From NCBI GenBank assembly GCA_040285855.1, contig JAUFOQ010000001.1:1054001-1118000 (forward strand): a DNA stretch of 64,000 bases. Reading direction: 5' to 3'. Position 1 is the first letter of the stretch, and every line of letters begins with the position of its first letter. The notes under the pieces were generated by a model. The model saw only the letters and a list, made by a program, of their open reading frames with translations, was not told where the DNA came from and ran no database searches. Positions 14,585-26,520 of this stretch are shown in pieces. The stretch is from Eukaryota sp. GEM-RC1. Its lineage: Eukaryota. The translations under genes were made by a program, and so were the position numbers.

Positions 14585-16369
14585 TTACACCTTAAAAACT
14601 GAACACGAATAAAGTAGATAGACTCCTTCTATTGTAATTGTACCATTTACTTTCAACGCCTCGATCAAAGCTGCAACACCTTTATCTCCTATAAAGTTGT
14701 TTTCCAGAACAACACGTGTAACTGTAGTATTAACTTTTAACATCTCAGCTAAAGCACTAGCGCCTTCAGCTCCAATAGAGTTGTTGCATAGATTAATGCT
14801 GGCAACTACATCATTTAATTTTAACGCCTCTGCCAATGATCTTGCACCTTCAGCTCCGATAGAGTTGTTCTCTAAATTAACACGTGTAACTGTGGTATTA
14901 AAATTGAACGCCTCTGCCAATGCTCTAACACCTTCATCTCCAATAGAGTTTATGTTCAGATCAACACTTGTAACTGTGGCATTCACTTTAAAAGCTTCTG
15001 ACAATAATCTAACACCTTCATCTCCAATAGAGTTTCGAATCAGATCAATACGTTTAACTGTCGCATTAACTTTTAATGCATCTGCCAATGCTTTAGCTCC
15101 TTCAATTCCAATGGAATTTTGTCCTAGTTCAAGACTTGTCACTGTAGCATTAATTTTTAACATCTCTGACAATGCTCTAGCACCATCAGCTCCAATAGAG
15201 TTTCCACATATATTAATACTTCTTAATGTGTTATTAATTTTTAGCATCTCTGCCAACGCTCTAGTGCCTTCAGCTCCAATAGAATTGTTCTCTAAATTAA
15301 TATGTGTAACTGTGGTATTAATTTGTAACATCTTTGTTAAAGCACTAGCGCCATTAGCTCCGATAGAGTTATCCCACAGACTAATACATGTGGCAGTAGT
15401 ATTTAGTCTAAACGCCTCAGAAAAAGCCCTGGCACCTTCGTCACCAATAGAGTTGTTCCACAAATTAATACATTTAACCGAAGTATTAACTTTGAACGCC
15501 TCCGCCAAAGATCTAGCACCTTCGGCTCCAAAAGAGTTATTGGTCAGATAAACACTTGTAACACCAACATTAACTTTCAAAGCATCTGCCAAATCTCTAG
15601 CACCGTCAGCTCCAGAATAGTTGCTGCCTAAATAAATATTTGAAATATTTGAATTAACCTTCAAGGTTTCTGTCAATGCTCTAGCGCCTTCAGCTCCAAT
15701 GGAGTTTCCCCTTAGATCAAAACTTGTAACTGAAGTATTCACTTTCAACAATGCGATCACTTCCACAACAATAGAAGAATGAGCACGTATATGGAATTGA
15801 TTAAGATTTGGAAAGATAAATGAGGAGTTCTGGAGAAATTTCAAGTCAATGTGATTCTGAAATTTGAATTCTAATCCTGAAATTATAGATGAATAATTGA
15901 GCGTCTCATTAATATTGAAGATCCCGTCGACATGCAAGAAAACATACTGCAACTTTGCACCAAAGAAAGAAGCAAATGAACAGAGTTGTGGAAGATCTTC
16001 AGGTAGGGCGTGAAACGTGTTTGTTTGTAAAAACACCTTGGTCGAAAGCAAAGCAGATTCAAAGAAAGAACTGCTGACATAGCCAACTTTCTTAAAGAAA
16101 ATAGGTAAATGTTGCTTCATTTTGTGAAGAGGACGACGAGAATCATGACGTTTCCATTGAAGAGAGGGTGCTAACAAATGATTCAGGAAGTGAAGCTGGA
16201 TCAAAGTAAGTAGGGACTGTTGGAAGTGTAAGTGATCGGAGTAAGAGACAAAGGAGGGTAAAACACGGGATGACACATCAGAGCCAGGATGGGAAGAGGA
16301 AATCCTAGAAGAGCACTTTACAACATCAGTAACTGAAGGATTGTCGTCCAAGGAGAAACTAATCTTCAT
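14585..16369 (-). CDS. F-box-like N-domain plus about 13 RI-like 28-aa LRRs (NLRC3-type repeats, no NACHT)
   Basis: Intact 594-aa ORF with repeats LKVNxxVTxIxLxxNSIGxEGARALAEA and the shared N-domain. Comparison with the 42 kb paralogue suggests the true ATG may be at 16391. Confidence 0.85.
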   Translation of the reverse strand: MKISFSLDDNPSVTDVVKCSSRISSSHPGSDVSSRVLPSFVSYSDHLHFQQSLLTLIQLHFLNHLLAPSLQWKRHDSRRPLHKMKQHLPIFFKKVGYVSSSFFESALLSTKVFLQTNTFHALPEDLPQLCSFASFFGAKLQYVFLHVDGIFNINETLNYSSIISGLEFKFQNHIDLKFLQNSSFIFPNLNQFHIRAHSSIVVEVIALLKVNTSVTSFDLRGNSIGAEGARALTETLKVNSNISNIYLGSNYSGADGARDLADALKVNVGVTSVYLTNNSFGAEGARSLAEAFKVNTSVKCINLWNNSIGDEGARAFSEAFRLNTTATCISLWDNSIGANGASALTKMLQINTTVTHINLENNSIGAEGTRALAEMLKINNTLRSINICGNSIGADGARALSEMLKINATVTSLELGQNSIGIEGAKALADALKVNATVKRIDLIRNSIGDEGVRLLSEAFKVNATVTSVDLNINSIGDEGVRALAEAFNFNTTVTRVNLENNSIGAEGARSLAEALKLNDVVASINLCNNSIGAEGASALAEMLKVNTTVTRVVLENNFIGDKGVAALIEALKVNGTITIEGVYLLYSCSVFKV

Positions 16370-17699
16370 TGGAGGGTTTGGAATGAGACATGTTAGTTTT
16401 GGTGATGATCGAAGAAAGACATCTTCTCCTTACTTTCTTGGAGCTTCTTTGAGTTCTCATTTTGCAGAATGTGTTTCTGCACTAACTCAATGATGTGACT
16501 GAACACTACTCTGCTTTTATTCTGAAGCACACCAACTTCAACAACAAAGAACGTCTCTTGGTCTCTTGGCATTGGATTTCGCCCTTTGGTTCGCCTTGTT
16601 CCACATTCTGTTCTCTTCACAACTGTAAAGGGACAGACAATACATAGTCCAGTCAGTGCATTGTCCGATCTATTTCTTGTCCACCTGGATTTACTTGTTA
16701 ATGGTTATAACACCTGAACTGTTATAATTCCCCCCCCTCAATCTGAATCTCATCTCCATCACCTCTGTCATCTTTATACAGCCCATTTGATATAATTGTT
16801 CTACGAATTGTCGGTTGTAACTCTAGTTGTTGATGGAACAGTCTGGTTATCGGTGTGTTGTTGAACGACATGAAAATGAAATCCATGATTCTCCTGATTC
16901 CGGTGCTGTTTTAGTTCAATTATGTTAGAAAGTTCATTATTACACGTGATGATGACCTTCAAATTGAAACTAACACTAATGTTCTTATTCACTTTCTCCT
17001 ACATATGGCACTACTAGGCTTTTGACTTTACTCTATTGTCTTTTGGAGGAAAAAGTTCATTAAACTATCATCCACCACTCTTCATTTGCACCTCCTCTCT
17101 TTCTCTCATTACTACCTCTATTTCCCCAATGTGTGGCTCTGTGTCGTTTGCTTCTGAAGTCATTGTTTACTTGTTGGATCGGATTGATCTTTTGAGTGTT
17201 TATAATTCAAACACTCCGACTCTTTCTTTTCATGTTGCACCTGTTACTTCTGTTGTTTACGTCAAAGACTCTACAAGTGTTGTTACTAGTATTGTTAGAG
17301 TTTGGTCAGCTGACAAGGGAACTTACATCGCCTCAAAGCTCATTCTACTCCCTGTACTTTTGTTTATCTTACTTTAAAACGTGGTATTCTTGTGGTGCTA
17401 TTTTCTAGTTCAAACGGTACAGTTAAACACAGTCTTTTAATACTGATTTGCAAAGGTGGTGAAAGCAAATTTCACCACTCAAAATCTGATGGTATGTTGT
17501 CGTTTCAATTGAAGTATGTTGATTTGTTCTACAATACTTAATTAATTCAATTTTGTTAATTAATCATCGACTGTATTCCTTACTTTAATTATTAACCCGT
17601 CGAGTCTCGATGAGTCAATCTATTTATTGTAAGTCATTTGTACTTTTAATAATTATTTAAAAGATACTAAATCTTCTTTCTGATGGAAATTCTTGTATG

Positions 17700-19709
17700 T
17701 CCGAGATCCTGATTCTACTACTTTGGTAAGTTCATTAACTCCTCCAGTACCACTGAAGTCACCAGTAAGTCTAGGCTTACGATGATCGGGGTAGACCACG
17801 AGTACTACTGGGGAGCTGAATTTTCCGTTGGGTGAAGTATACTATCATATGGGTATCGTATCCCAAACGTACTAGTTCATGAAAAGTTTCTTCGGCTATC
17901 CTTTGTTTAACTGGATTAAGCCTCCGAGGTTTTCGTTTCACCGTGGACTCTTCATTATAGAAGTCAATTGTCATCGGTGGACAATCAATGCCATCTTTGT
18001 GGGGAACGGAATCGAAGATAGCTGAGAACTCATTGAGTAGTCTCAGTAAATGATTTGTTCTATCATCGTCATCTAATTTGATTGAACAGCCAGAATCATA
18101 AACAAATTTATTGAAATGTATATTGTCTATAATAGAAGAGCTATTGGGCATAGATATGTTGGAGTCGAACTCTGACTCGTCGTTACTATGAGCTAACGTA
18201 GTCTGTTGAACCGGGATGATTAGTCTCTCTTCAGTCAGTAAACCTAACTGCTTCATGAGATCAAAACCTAACAAACATTTGTTGGATCCAGGGATGATAG
18301 GTAGAGTCTTCGTCACAGATGTCAGGTGTGTCACCTTACTGTACTTGAAGGTCAAGATCCCCTGGGCGCTACCCAGTGAGTGAGATCTGACGTTGTTTGC
18401 AGATGTGAATGGAACGTTCTTGTTGATGAACGTCATTGAACATCTATCGACCAGGTCTTGTGTGATAACGGACATTGATGCTCCACTGTCCTATAGACCC
18501 TGAGTCGAAACACCATTGATAGTCAGACTGCAGCTAAGGAATGGTGGTGGATCCTGGTGATCGATTATGCTGAATATTGAGTTCAGGCTTATTGAGTTCG
18601 TACCACTCGAATTATACTGATGCTGTGGAACAGGTTTATGTATGGATTATGTGAATCCATCGATGATGTATTGTTGTGAATGGTGTTTATAGTTTGAACA
18701 AAATACTTACCAGTCAGATGAATATTGTCACATATGCGTTGTAGTTGTTAAGATGGTACCAGACTTATCAACGATCCATTGTTCTGTAATATCAACAATA
18801 AGGTAAGCTTCTTTGCAATTCAGCAGATTAAGATGTGAAAGGAATAAGATCATTGTATTAATTGATGTGCCACTTAACGCATCCCCTAGAAGTCTCGAGA
18901 AGTCAGAACGTTATCGTCTAAACCATTACTCAAAAAGATTATCAAGGGCTCTTCACCTTGATTTTCGACTGGACATTCAAGATGATATAAAATCCTTGTC
19001 AGCTTCCAAGGATTCTTTGATTGACGGTCCACGAGCTACTTTCAACCTGTATTCAGAGATGAGACCTTTTTAGAGAGATAGAACATGACATGGATGAGGA
19101 TTCTTCCTTGGACCCAATTTAAAAGTGAGAGTACGAAGTTTTTCATTAAACATGTTTACCAACGCACGGTCTGAGTAGGTCAGTAGGTCAAGGGAATTAA
19201 AAGCTGATAGACGATGCTCATCGAAGAGAGAATTTCTAAGTGAGGAGGGTTTACGACCCTTTAGGAAAGCTTCTGCAATAATCTTGGGGCGGCTAAGGCA
19301 GATGAATTTCTGACAGCGGTTAACAACATAACGGAGCTGTTCGAGATAGGCATTGAGGGCTTCGGTATTAGTGCCTCTCATGCATAAGGATGAGATAAAG
19401 TTCCGGGCTTCAGAGGCGTTTTGAGCTTGGGTGGTGTTCAGGAGAAGTTGCCATAAGTCTTCTTGAGAGGAAACCAATACGATTTCTAAACGTTAGAGAC
19501 CAATGCACCAACTCTTTGTTGGTGCCTAGGTCGGAACTAGGACTTGGGTTAGTCATGCTACCAGGAGTGAAATGCTCCATACCACATACTCATTGAGACT
19601 GCTCTGCTTTACAGAGGCCTCAATAATTATTGTTGGTCTTAGGTACCATGTTGTAAGAGATAAGTGAATTTATTTATATAATAGGTCCTTATGAGTCATG
19701 ACACTAACA
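17700..19709 (-). mobile_element. Degenerate Ty3/Gypsy LTR element (5' LTR 19631-19709, gag, protease, RT start)
   Basis: ORF 17777..18475 is homologous to the 27.5-31 kb pol (DGIDCPPMTI, PRRLNP.KQRIAEE.F.EL). DSGAS protease motif near 18490; gag-like ORF 19070..19477; TGTT..AACA-bounded 79-bp LTR. Confidence 0.75.
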
Positions 19710-19984
19710 CAACTTACAAATAGGTCTTCCAACTACAGGTCTGATCAAACCGTCAAGCGTGTCGTAATCTGACGTGATAAGAAACACTGGATGTGGAAGA
19801 GGCAATCTATAAATGCCGTGTATGATGCCTGTTTTTATTGAAGTTAAATACAAGAATCTCTTTTTGCTCTTTAATTTAAACTACTCTTCTTTCATGGCAA
19901 TATATAAACATCCTCCAAGTTTTCGATTATTCATCATGATGGTAAGTCTTGAACAACAGTAGGTAATACTTCGAGTATGACTAC

Positions 19985-20290
19985 AGTGAGTCATGGAAGC
20001 CAATAATTATTGTTGCTTAACGCAAGGGAAAGAACTTTATAAACAAGAAAATCCAGTTGAATATACAAGTGATGAGCCACGTCATTATACATCGTCAGTA
20101 TTAACAGATACCAGAGCGGAACTGGACTTATACACTATTCCTAGGGTACTAGGACTTTGGTTAGTTACTTCACGAGGAGTGAAAGAGCTCCTTTGACACA
20201 TACGTCCTGAGGTAAGATCCTTCTTAAAAGGGACACAATAATTGTTGTTGGTCTTACAATACATGTAAAGAGTAAAAGTTAATTTATTAT
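19985..20290 (-). mobile_element. Two further stacked 5'-LTR/leader fragments (LTR 20011-20106; LTR starting at 20246)
   Basis: 20011 tgttgc..tattaaca 20106. 20145-20290 aligns with 19537-19680. Both abut a caataatt(a/g)ttg junction. Confidence 0.55.
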
Positions 20291-21297
20291 TGGTATCAAA
20301 TTCCTAGTGTTTCATTTCACTATCATCACTTATGCTTCTAGAGCTTTTTTGTTGTTTGCTGAACCAATCATTGGTTTCTGCAGCAACTAGTCCCTTATAA
20401 AGAACTTTTTGACCTGTTTCAGTACCAATTCTTTGTTCAAGCAAGAAATATTAATGATAATCATTATTTGAATTCGCATCTGTACATGTTCTGGGTAAGA
20501 GAAGATCTGGTGAATTTTGAGATTTACACACATTATCAGAAATTACGTTTCTCAGTACGTATATGTTGGTGATCATTTGGACGTGATACATTAAATTCGT
20601 CATCATTGATAACATTGATTACACCATCAGAGTCAGACTCAAGAATAAGATCACAGATTTTTGAAAAACAAGCAGATGTGAAAGTGTGTATTTTACCTGA
20701 CATTGAGTGAAAGTAGATGTTTAGTTACTGATGGAAGTTACTTGTATCACTTTTCATTAATAGAACTTGTTTAAAATTAAATTATATGTTGGATTTCTTG
20801 TAGCAAATTTGTAAACAAACCGTTGCAAAATAAGACAACACCATAAATCCAAAGCAATCAACTGTAAGAGTAGCTTTCTGGTTTCAACAAAAAACTGGAA
20901 GCTGCACAATCTTGACTTGGTTGGATCAAATACATGTAATTGTCATCTAACTCAACATTCGCTTCATGTGTAGCATTATGTACGGGTACATGACATCTTT
21001 TTCATCAATGCACAACAATATATTGAATGAATGTGGACATCATACACTTATAACTGTCCTTTCGGTTTCCGAAACAGCAATGATTACGCATTTTGGATGG
21101 CACTTTGACCTCCCATTATTGGAATATTCATGTGGGTATTGTTGTTGCAGTAAGATGTCAGAGTGATAGTAGTTATACATGACTGTATATAAAGTGGCCT
21201 GATACTAGTGACAGTATAAGAACAATACAGTTAGAGGACGCGCGCATTGAGTCCATGTGTCTTGTTAAATGGATTGCTGGTCCACCAATCTATCATT

Positions 21298-21390
21298 TAG
21301 ATAGTGTTAATTTATACTACAACGAAATTAGAGTTGAAGGTGCTAGAACCTTGGAAAAGGCGTTGAAGTCAAATACAAAGTTAAACTAGA
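21298..21390 (+). pseudogene. Orphan single LRR fragment
   Basis: Translates as DSVNLYYNEIRVEGARTLEKALKSNTKLN*, matching the last LRR of the local family. Confidence 0.55.
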
Positions 21391-22029
21391 ATTGTAAATC
21401 TACGTTATCGGTAAGTTAGCCTCTCTCATTGAACCAAAACCCTTTATCGATACCAAATTGAAACGTTGAATAGAGATTAACTAGATAGAAATATATTCTG
21501 CTTAGAGAAATTTTTATCGTTTGAAGTGCTTTTTAGAGTACACATCGGAATTTATAGGTTATACACTGACTTAGAATCTCAAATGTACATTGTAGTCTTT
21601 TTTTTGCCTAAGTATGTTTCATAATCTAAATATGTATGATGTGTCTGATAGACGGTCTCTACTCCTGAGAGTAAATAACTCGCAATTGACACAACTAGTT
21701 TATAGGATACAAAAAACATCTGGAGTTTTTTTCACTTACCAATTATTCCTTTTACAGAATGTTGTGTCTCTCCTTGGGTGTGATTGAACAAGGCACTTGA
21801 AATCATGAATTCGGAAATAGAATGACTCTTTAGAGGATCGACAAAGAACTTCCACAGTGTACTTCTGAAAGTAGTGTTCGACAACAACTTTATCTTAATA
21901 AGATATATAGTTGGCTCCAAATGTATTAAAAACATCAAACACAACAATATATACAGTAAGTGCAACCCTATCAAATAGTGCTTCTATTCCCGTTGCAATG
22001 AACAATATTGGTAGAACACGTTATTTTTG

Positions 22030-23133
22030 AAAAAACGGGGTTTATGATCAATCAGTGAAATAAATGCATTTGCAGAAGTGAATAACTAAAAGACACTAAC
22101 TTAAGCATCTAAACTATGATCCGTCTGTCCATCACCGAACAACTTACCTAAAATTGAATTAATATATCTATGCATTAAACGCAACAACGCAAACGTTAAC
22201 CTACTCAACCAAAAGTGTTCATTGAAAACTTTACCATACTCAGAACTCAATCCACCAAAGGAAGTTTAAAAACCTTGTGCAGCTGGTCCAATATTACCGT
22301 ATATCGACATCGCAAAAGGATAGAACACAAAAGAATTGTACCTGTCAACATTCAAGTGGTTAATTAAGTGACAGTTCTTTGAATTTTTTCCTTTTTCAGC
22401 CACTTCGAGAGCAGAAAAATCATCATCAAAATTTTTGGAAGGTCTTAAATTACAAGGATCAACAGTTGTGAAATCCATGATAATTTCCTGACAAGATAAC
22501 CAAGGACCAATCAAATCACCACGACTTCTATCAACTTTTGGCTGATCAGGAAAGATCAGCAAGTAAAGTTTCAATTTTTCCATGAAAACCATTAGCCTTA
22601 AACATATCCAAACATGTATCCCGGATAATGTTGTGAATAATTGATCGAAAATGAATAAATTGATGACAGTTAACTAAATGACGAAAATTTGAAGCCTTTG
22701 AACGACCACAAAGACATGGAGAATGCTTCAAAAGACCTGAAAACCATGAACCGAACCTAAGTTTCATGTTTATAAGTCATTCGTGATCCTTAAGATTAAA
22801 ACAAAATTTTCTTGGCAAACGAGAAATAAATAAAGACGCAGTTCTTGAAGAAATATCATTCAAAAATGCACAAAAAGCGGGACTCTTAGTCTTAGCCAAG
22901 CTAATACGGTTTTTAAAGTCCAAGCTTTCGTGAAACAAAACAAACTTCTTCTGTAACTTGCGACCACACAAAGGCAATGAGAAAGTGCTTCTCTGCTGAA
23001 TTTCTGTTACCCCAACAGGAACACGTTCTTTGATAACTTCTAAACCGTTAGTGTGATGAACTGTAAAGGTTTCTGAGACTTTGAACAAAACAAGATAAAC
23101 CAAAAAACTGTGGTTAAATTTAAATCGAATCAA
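22030..23133 (-). mobile_element. 5'-truncated RLE non-LTR retrotransposon relic
   Basis: MKLRFG..CLC..HLVNC..IHNIIRD..RSRGDLI..MDFTTVDP..AEKGK..FYPFAMSIYGNIGPAAQGF. 3' end ataaaccccgtttttt is shared with the 40.3 kb copy. Confidence 0.8.
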
Positions 23134-23146
23134 CTACTTTTGTAAT

Positions 23147-25195
23147 ATGGAATGCTTCTGCTGTTGTGAATCTTTCAATCTCTCTGACCGCATTCCCCTA
23201 CTTATCTGTGGCGAAGGTCACACTGCTTGTTCTGAATGCTCAGCGCAACTGATCAAATGTCCTCTTTGTACTAGCAACTGTCTGGAGGAGAGAAAGGTCA
23301 TTTTTGCTTTACAAGATCTTGTACAGGCTTCCCGTAATGGCGATCTCTGCCCCCAGATTCCTTCAAACCAAATCGTTCTTGGAGAAAGGATTGCGGAAGG
23401 AGGTTTTGCTGTCGTATACTCTGCTACATGGTTCGATCTCCCCGTTGCCGTCAAAATGGTGTCTCTAACTGAGAAAGGAAAGCTCAAACTTCAACAAGAA
23501 CTGAATCTTCTGATCAACCTCAACCATCCGTCCATTCTTCGTGTCTTTGGAATCTCCTTCTTCCAAGATTCCATTGGCATTGTAATGGAAAGAGCTTCTT
23601 CTTCCCTCCCCGCCCCAAACTCTCTCACGTCATCAACTTTGAGATACGCCAAGGAGCTATGCCAAGCTGTTAAATTCCTTCACCTAAAGTCAGTAGTTCA
23701 TGGAGATCTGAAACCAGCAAACATTCTGCTTGTAGATGATCACGTTAGAGTTGCCGATTTCGGCCTCTAAAAACCTTTCTGCTACGAGTCTTGTAACTAG
23801 AACCAATGCGATCACTCCTAAATATACTGCTCCTGAGCAGTTTGATTCAGATCCTAGTCATGCTAGTGATATTTATTCACTTGGAATAGTTTTATATGAA
23901 ATTCTTACTGGGAAAGAAGCCTTTGAAGGATATCCAATGATGCAGATTTTTGGCGCCAAAATGAAAGGCAAATCATTGCCTTTCGACAAATCAACACCTA
24001 CGTGTTTGATGGAATTAATCAGGAGATGTATGAGTCCAGATCCTTTGTTAAGACCCAAAATTAACGAGATAATTGAAATCTTAAGTAGTATCGAAGTTCT
24101 GGATGATATTGGTGGTGATTTCGACCGATCACGTTTGATGGAAAAAATGAATCTTCTTTCGAATCTAGAGATGAGGATCTTAGTTTTGAAAATTCGAAAT
24201 TGAAAAGGGAAGTAGTCAGACTTGATGAAGAAAATGGATCTTTAAAGAAGGAAAATTTGAAAATTGTACAAGATATTGAGAGTTTTTCCAAATTGAAAAC
24301 AGAATTTCAAGAAACAGAAAGCTGCTTAACTCGAGAAATATCTAATTTTCGAACTGTTTGTCGTTCGTTAAAAGAAGAGAACTCATATTTAAAAAGAAAC
24401 AATTCAAATTTGTCCATGAAAGTTTCTGGTTTAACAACTGAAAATGCTAAGTTAAAAGAAAAAAACTTAGAGATTGAACAATTAAGGAATGTTGAGATTG
24501 AAAATTCTCGTCTTAAAGTAGAAAATTCTAAAATTGTTAATGACATCACAAATTTACAAAAAGAAATTGAACGGTTAACCAAGGTCGAAAATCAAATTCA
24601 TCAATTAAAAACAGCAAATTCTAAAATTGTTAATGATATCAATAATCTAACGGGAGAAACGGAACGTTCCAATAGAGGTATTAGGTATAGTAAACCAGTT
24701 CCTCAATCAAAAATGATTAAATTTTGTCACACTAGAAAACATTCTGATTTGCAACTCAGTAAGGTCCGAAAGAGTGTTGTTGTTGAAGGTGCTGGTGGTG
24801 TAAACAGAAATATTTTGGGTGAACATCCACTTCTTCCAGGTAATCTTTATACTTGGAAGTTGAGGTACCAGGGGAATACTCAAGGTCTTTGGGTTGGAGT
24901 CATTGACGAGTCAAAGTTTAGTGTCGATGGTCGTTGTTTTGGAAATGGTCGTTGTTTCTATAATGATAATGCTGTTTGTGGTGGTCTCTCAGGAAACAAG
25001 TGCGAGTGGCAACCTGGTGATTTACTTCAGATCAATGTAGATCTCATTGACTACACTATAACAATCAAATCCTTGAGCAATTCTTCAATTGATCTTACTG
25101 GAACTCTTCCCAGATTAAGTAGTGGACACTATTATCCATATGCTTTCTTATGGTATAGTGACCTTGAACTGGAAATCGTTCAATCATTTTGTTAA
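23147..25195 (+). CDS. RING - kinase - coiled coil - SPRY-like protein, paralogue of 7387..9244 (frameshifts near 23765 and 24130-24200)
   Basis: Near-identical RING and kinase to the 9244 copy; different coiled coil; SPRY-like YTWKLRYQG..WVGVIDE..WQPGDLL..YYPY. Confidence 0.85.
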
Positions 25196-25999
25196 CACTT
25201 TCATTGTGGGTAGGTTTTCTTGTAAAGCTGTGATTGACTTTTAAATTCTGAAGCTAATTCGTGTAGATATCAGCTAACTATTAGAAATTCTTTATGATGA
25301 GATAGGCAACCACATGATATTGGTTATCTATATTGCTTACAGATATCACTTGCTAATACCGGTCACAGTTATCCCGTCTGTAAAAATGGAAATGTAAGAC
25401 GTAAACAACTGTCAATTTGTCAGTTATTGAGTCTTAGTAGGTGATTGAAGCACCACCAATTGCACGTATTACTGCTACAGGTTTGAATTCCAACATGTCT
25501 AGCAATTGGTATATCAACAATTTACTAGTGTGGTAAAGGGGAGAAGTATATATCTACATTGTGCTAATTTATTAGCACTGAGTAAGCTCACGTAGAAAAC
25601 ATTTGTGAGTTATATGGTTAGCAAATGTCTGTTTTCTTTTCTAATCTAAGAGGAAGAATAAAATTCATTTCTGGAGACATTACAAGTTCAATAATAGGCG
25701 TTAAGTGCAAGACCAGCTGTGACGAAAACTATCTCTTGGATTGGTTTATCTCTGCACTAGAACATTTTTACAGGACTCATATTGCAAGTTATTGATCGTG
25801 TCCTTTTTGGGACAAATCTCGATAATTTTTCAAAATCAAGGACGTACTAATCGCTGACTGACTCAGATGTTTTTAAATTCATGAAGGACAGGGGTGCAAG
25901 TTAAAACACTATAACTATAACGCCATGCAAACCATATGTACATTTTTTAAACCACTAGTGACTTCACAACGACGGCAACAGTGTCAGTACAGAGTCTTC

Positions 26000-26087
26000 T
26001 GATACCTGTTGGTGAAAGAGGTAAGATAAAGGTGTTTATAAAGTGAAATAATCCTACTTGATACTATACAATTACCTTTGGCTAACA
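26000..26087 (-). mobile_element. 88-bp 3' LTR (TGTTAGCC...GGTATCA) with polypurine tract
   Basis: PPT ggagaagaggtag on the minus strand at 26088-26100; identical copy at 31082-31169; related LTRs at 53039 and 56733. Confidence 0.8.
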
Positions 26088-26150
26088 CTACCTCTTCTCC
26101 TCTTTCGAGCTCCTTGTTCTCTTAGCCACAGGTGTCTTTATGTTAGAGGG

Positions 26151-26520
26151 TTACTTAGGATTACTCTTCCTACTCGAGGTGCGTTTGAGCTTAGGCTTCT
26201 TGTTACTACTATGAAATAAATCTACATTTTCTAATTTACAAAAATCACTGTAGGCCTTGGTGTTCTTGATGTCCTTGGTGGGAACTGATGAAGTGTCACC
26301 ACCAAACCAGAGGACCGTACAGTGTTCACCGTCAGGAGTATTGAACCTGTCAAGGATCCTTACAACGATGTGTTCTTCAGAATCCCCTGAAGCAATTGCT
26401 CTGTGGAGATCGTTATCAGCTGGTAGATCTGATTGAAAGATCTTACATTGATGGATGCTGGTCTTGCCAACATGACCAGTATGGTGAAAAGACGACAAGA
26501 CATTAACTCTAGGCCTCAAG
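26151..26520 (-). mobile_element. Integrase C-terminus / chromodomain-like end of a Gypsy pol
   Basis: EEHIVVRILDRFNTPDGEHCTVLWFGGDTSSVPTKDIKNT; the same peptide follows the integrase core at 56430-56570. Confidence 0.75.

Noticed and set aside
14697..15551. 284-aa plus-strand ORF, and similar ORFs 38103..38960 and 43191..43541
   Set aside because: Antisense shadows of LRR arrays; the repeated codon pattern lacks reverse-strand stops.
14585..16369. Calling the LRR genes NLRC3/NOD receptors
   Set aside because: Only the LRR unit is similar; no Walker A/NACHT domain is present.
16391..16745. Possible Copia PPT (ttgagggggggaa, minus strand) and LTR directly upstream of the LRR gene
   Set aside because: No second LTR, TSD or clear TG start; the apparent CA end overlaps the likely gene ATG. 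Unresolved.
25992..26006. ggtatcaga on the minus strand resembling a tRNA-Met PBS (TGGTATCAGAGC)
   Set aside because: It lies at the end of a PPT-preceded 3' LTR, the related LTRs also end in ggtat(t)ca, and the cttc TSD places the boundary there.
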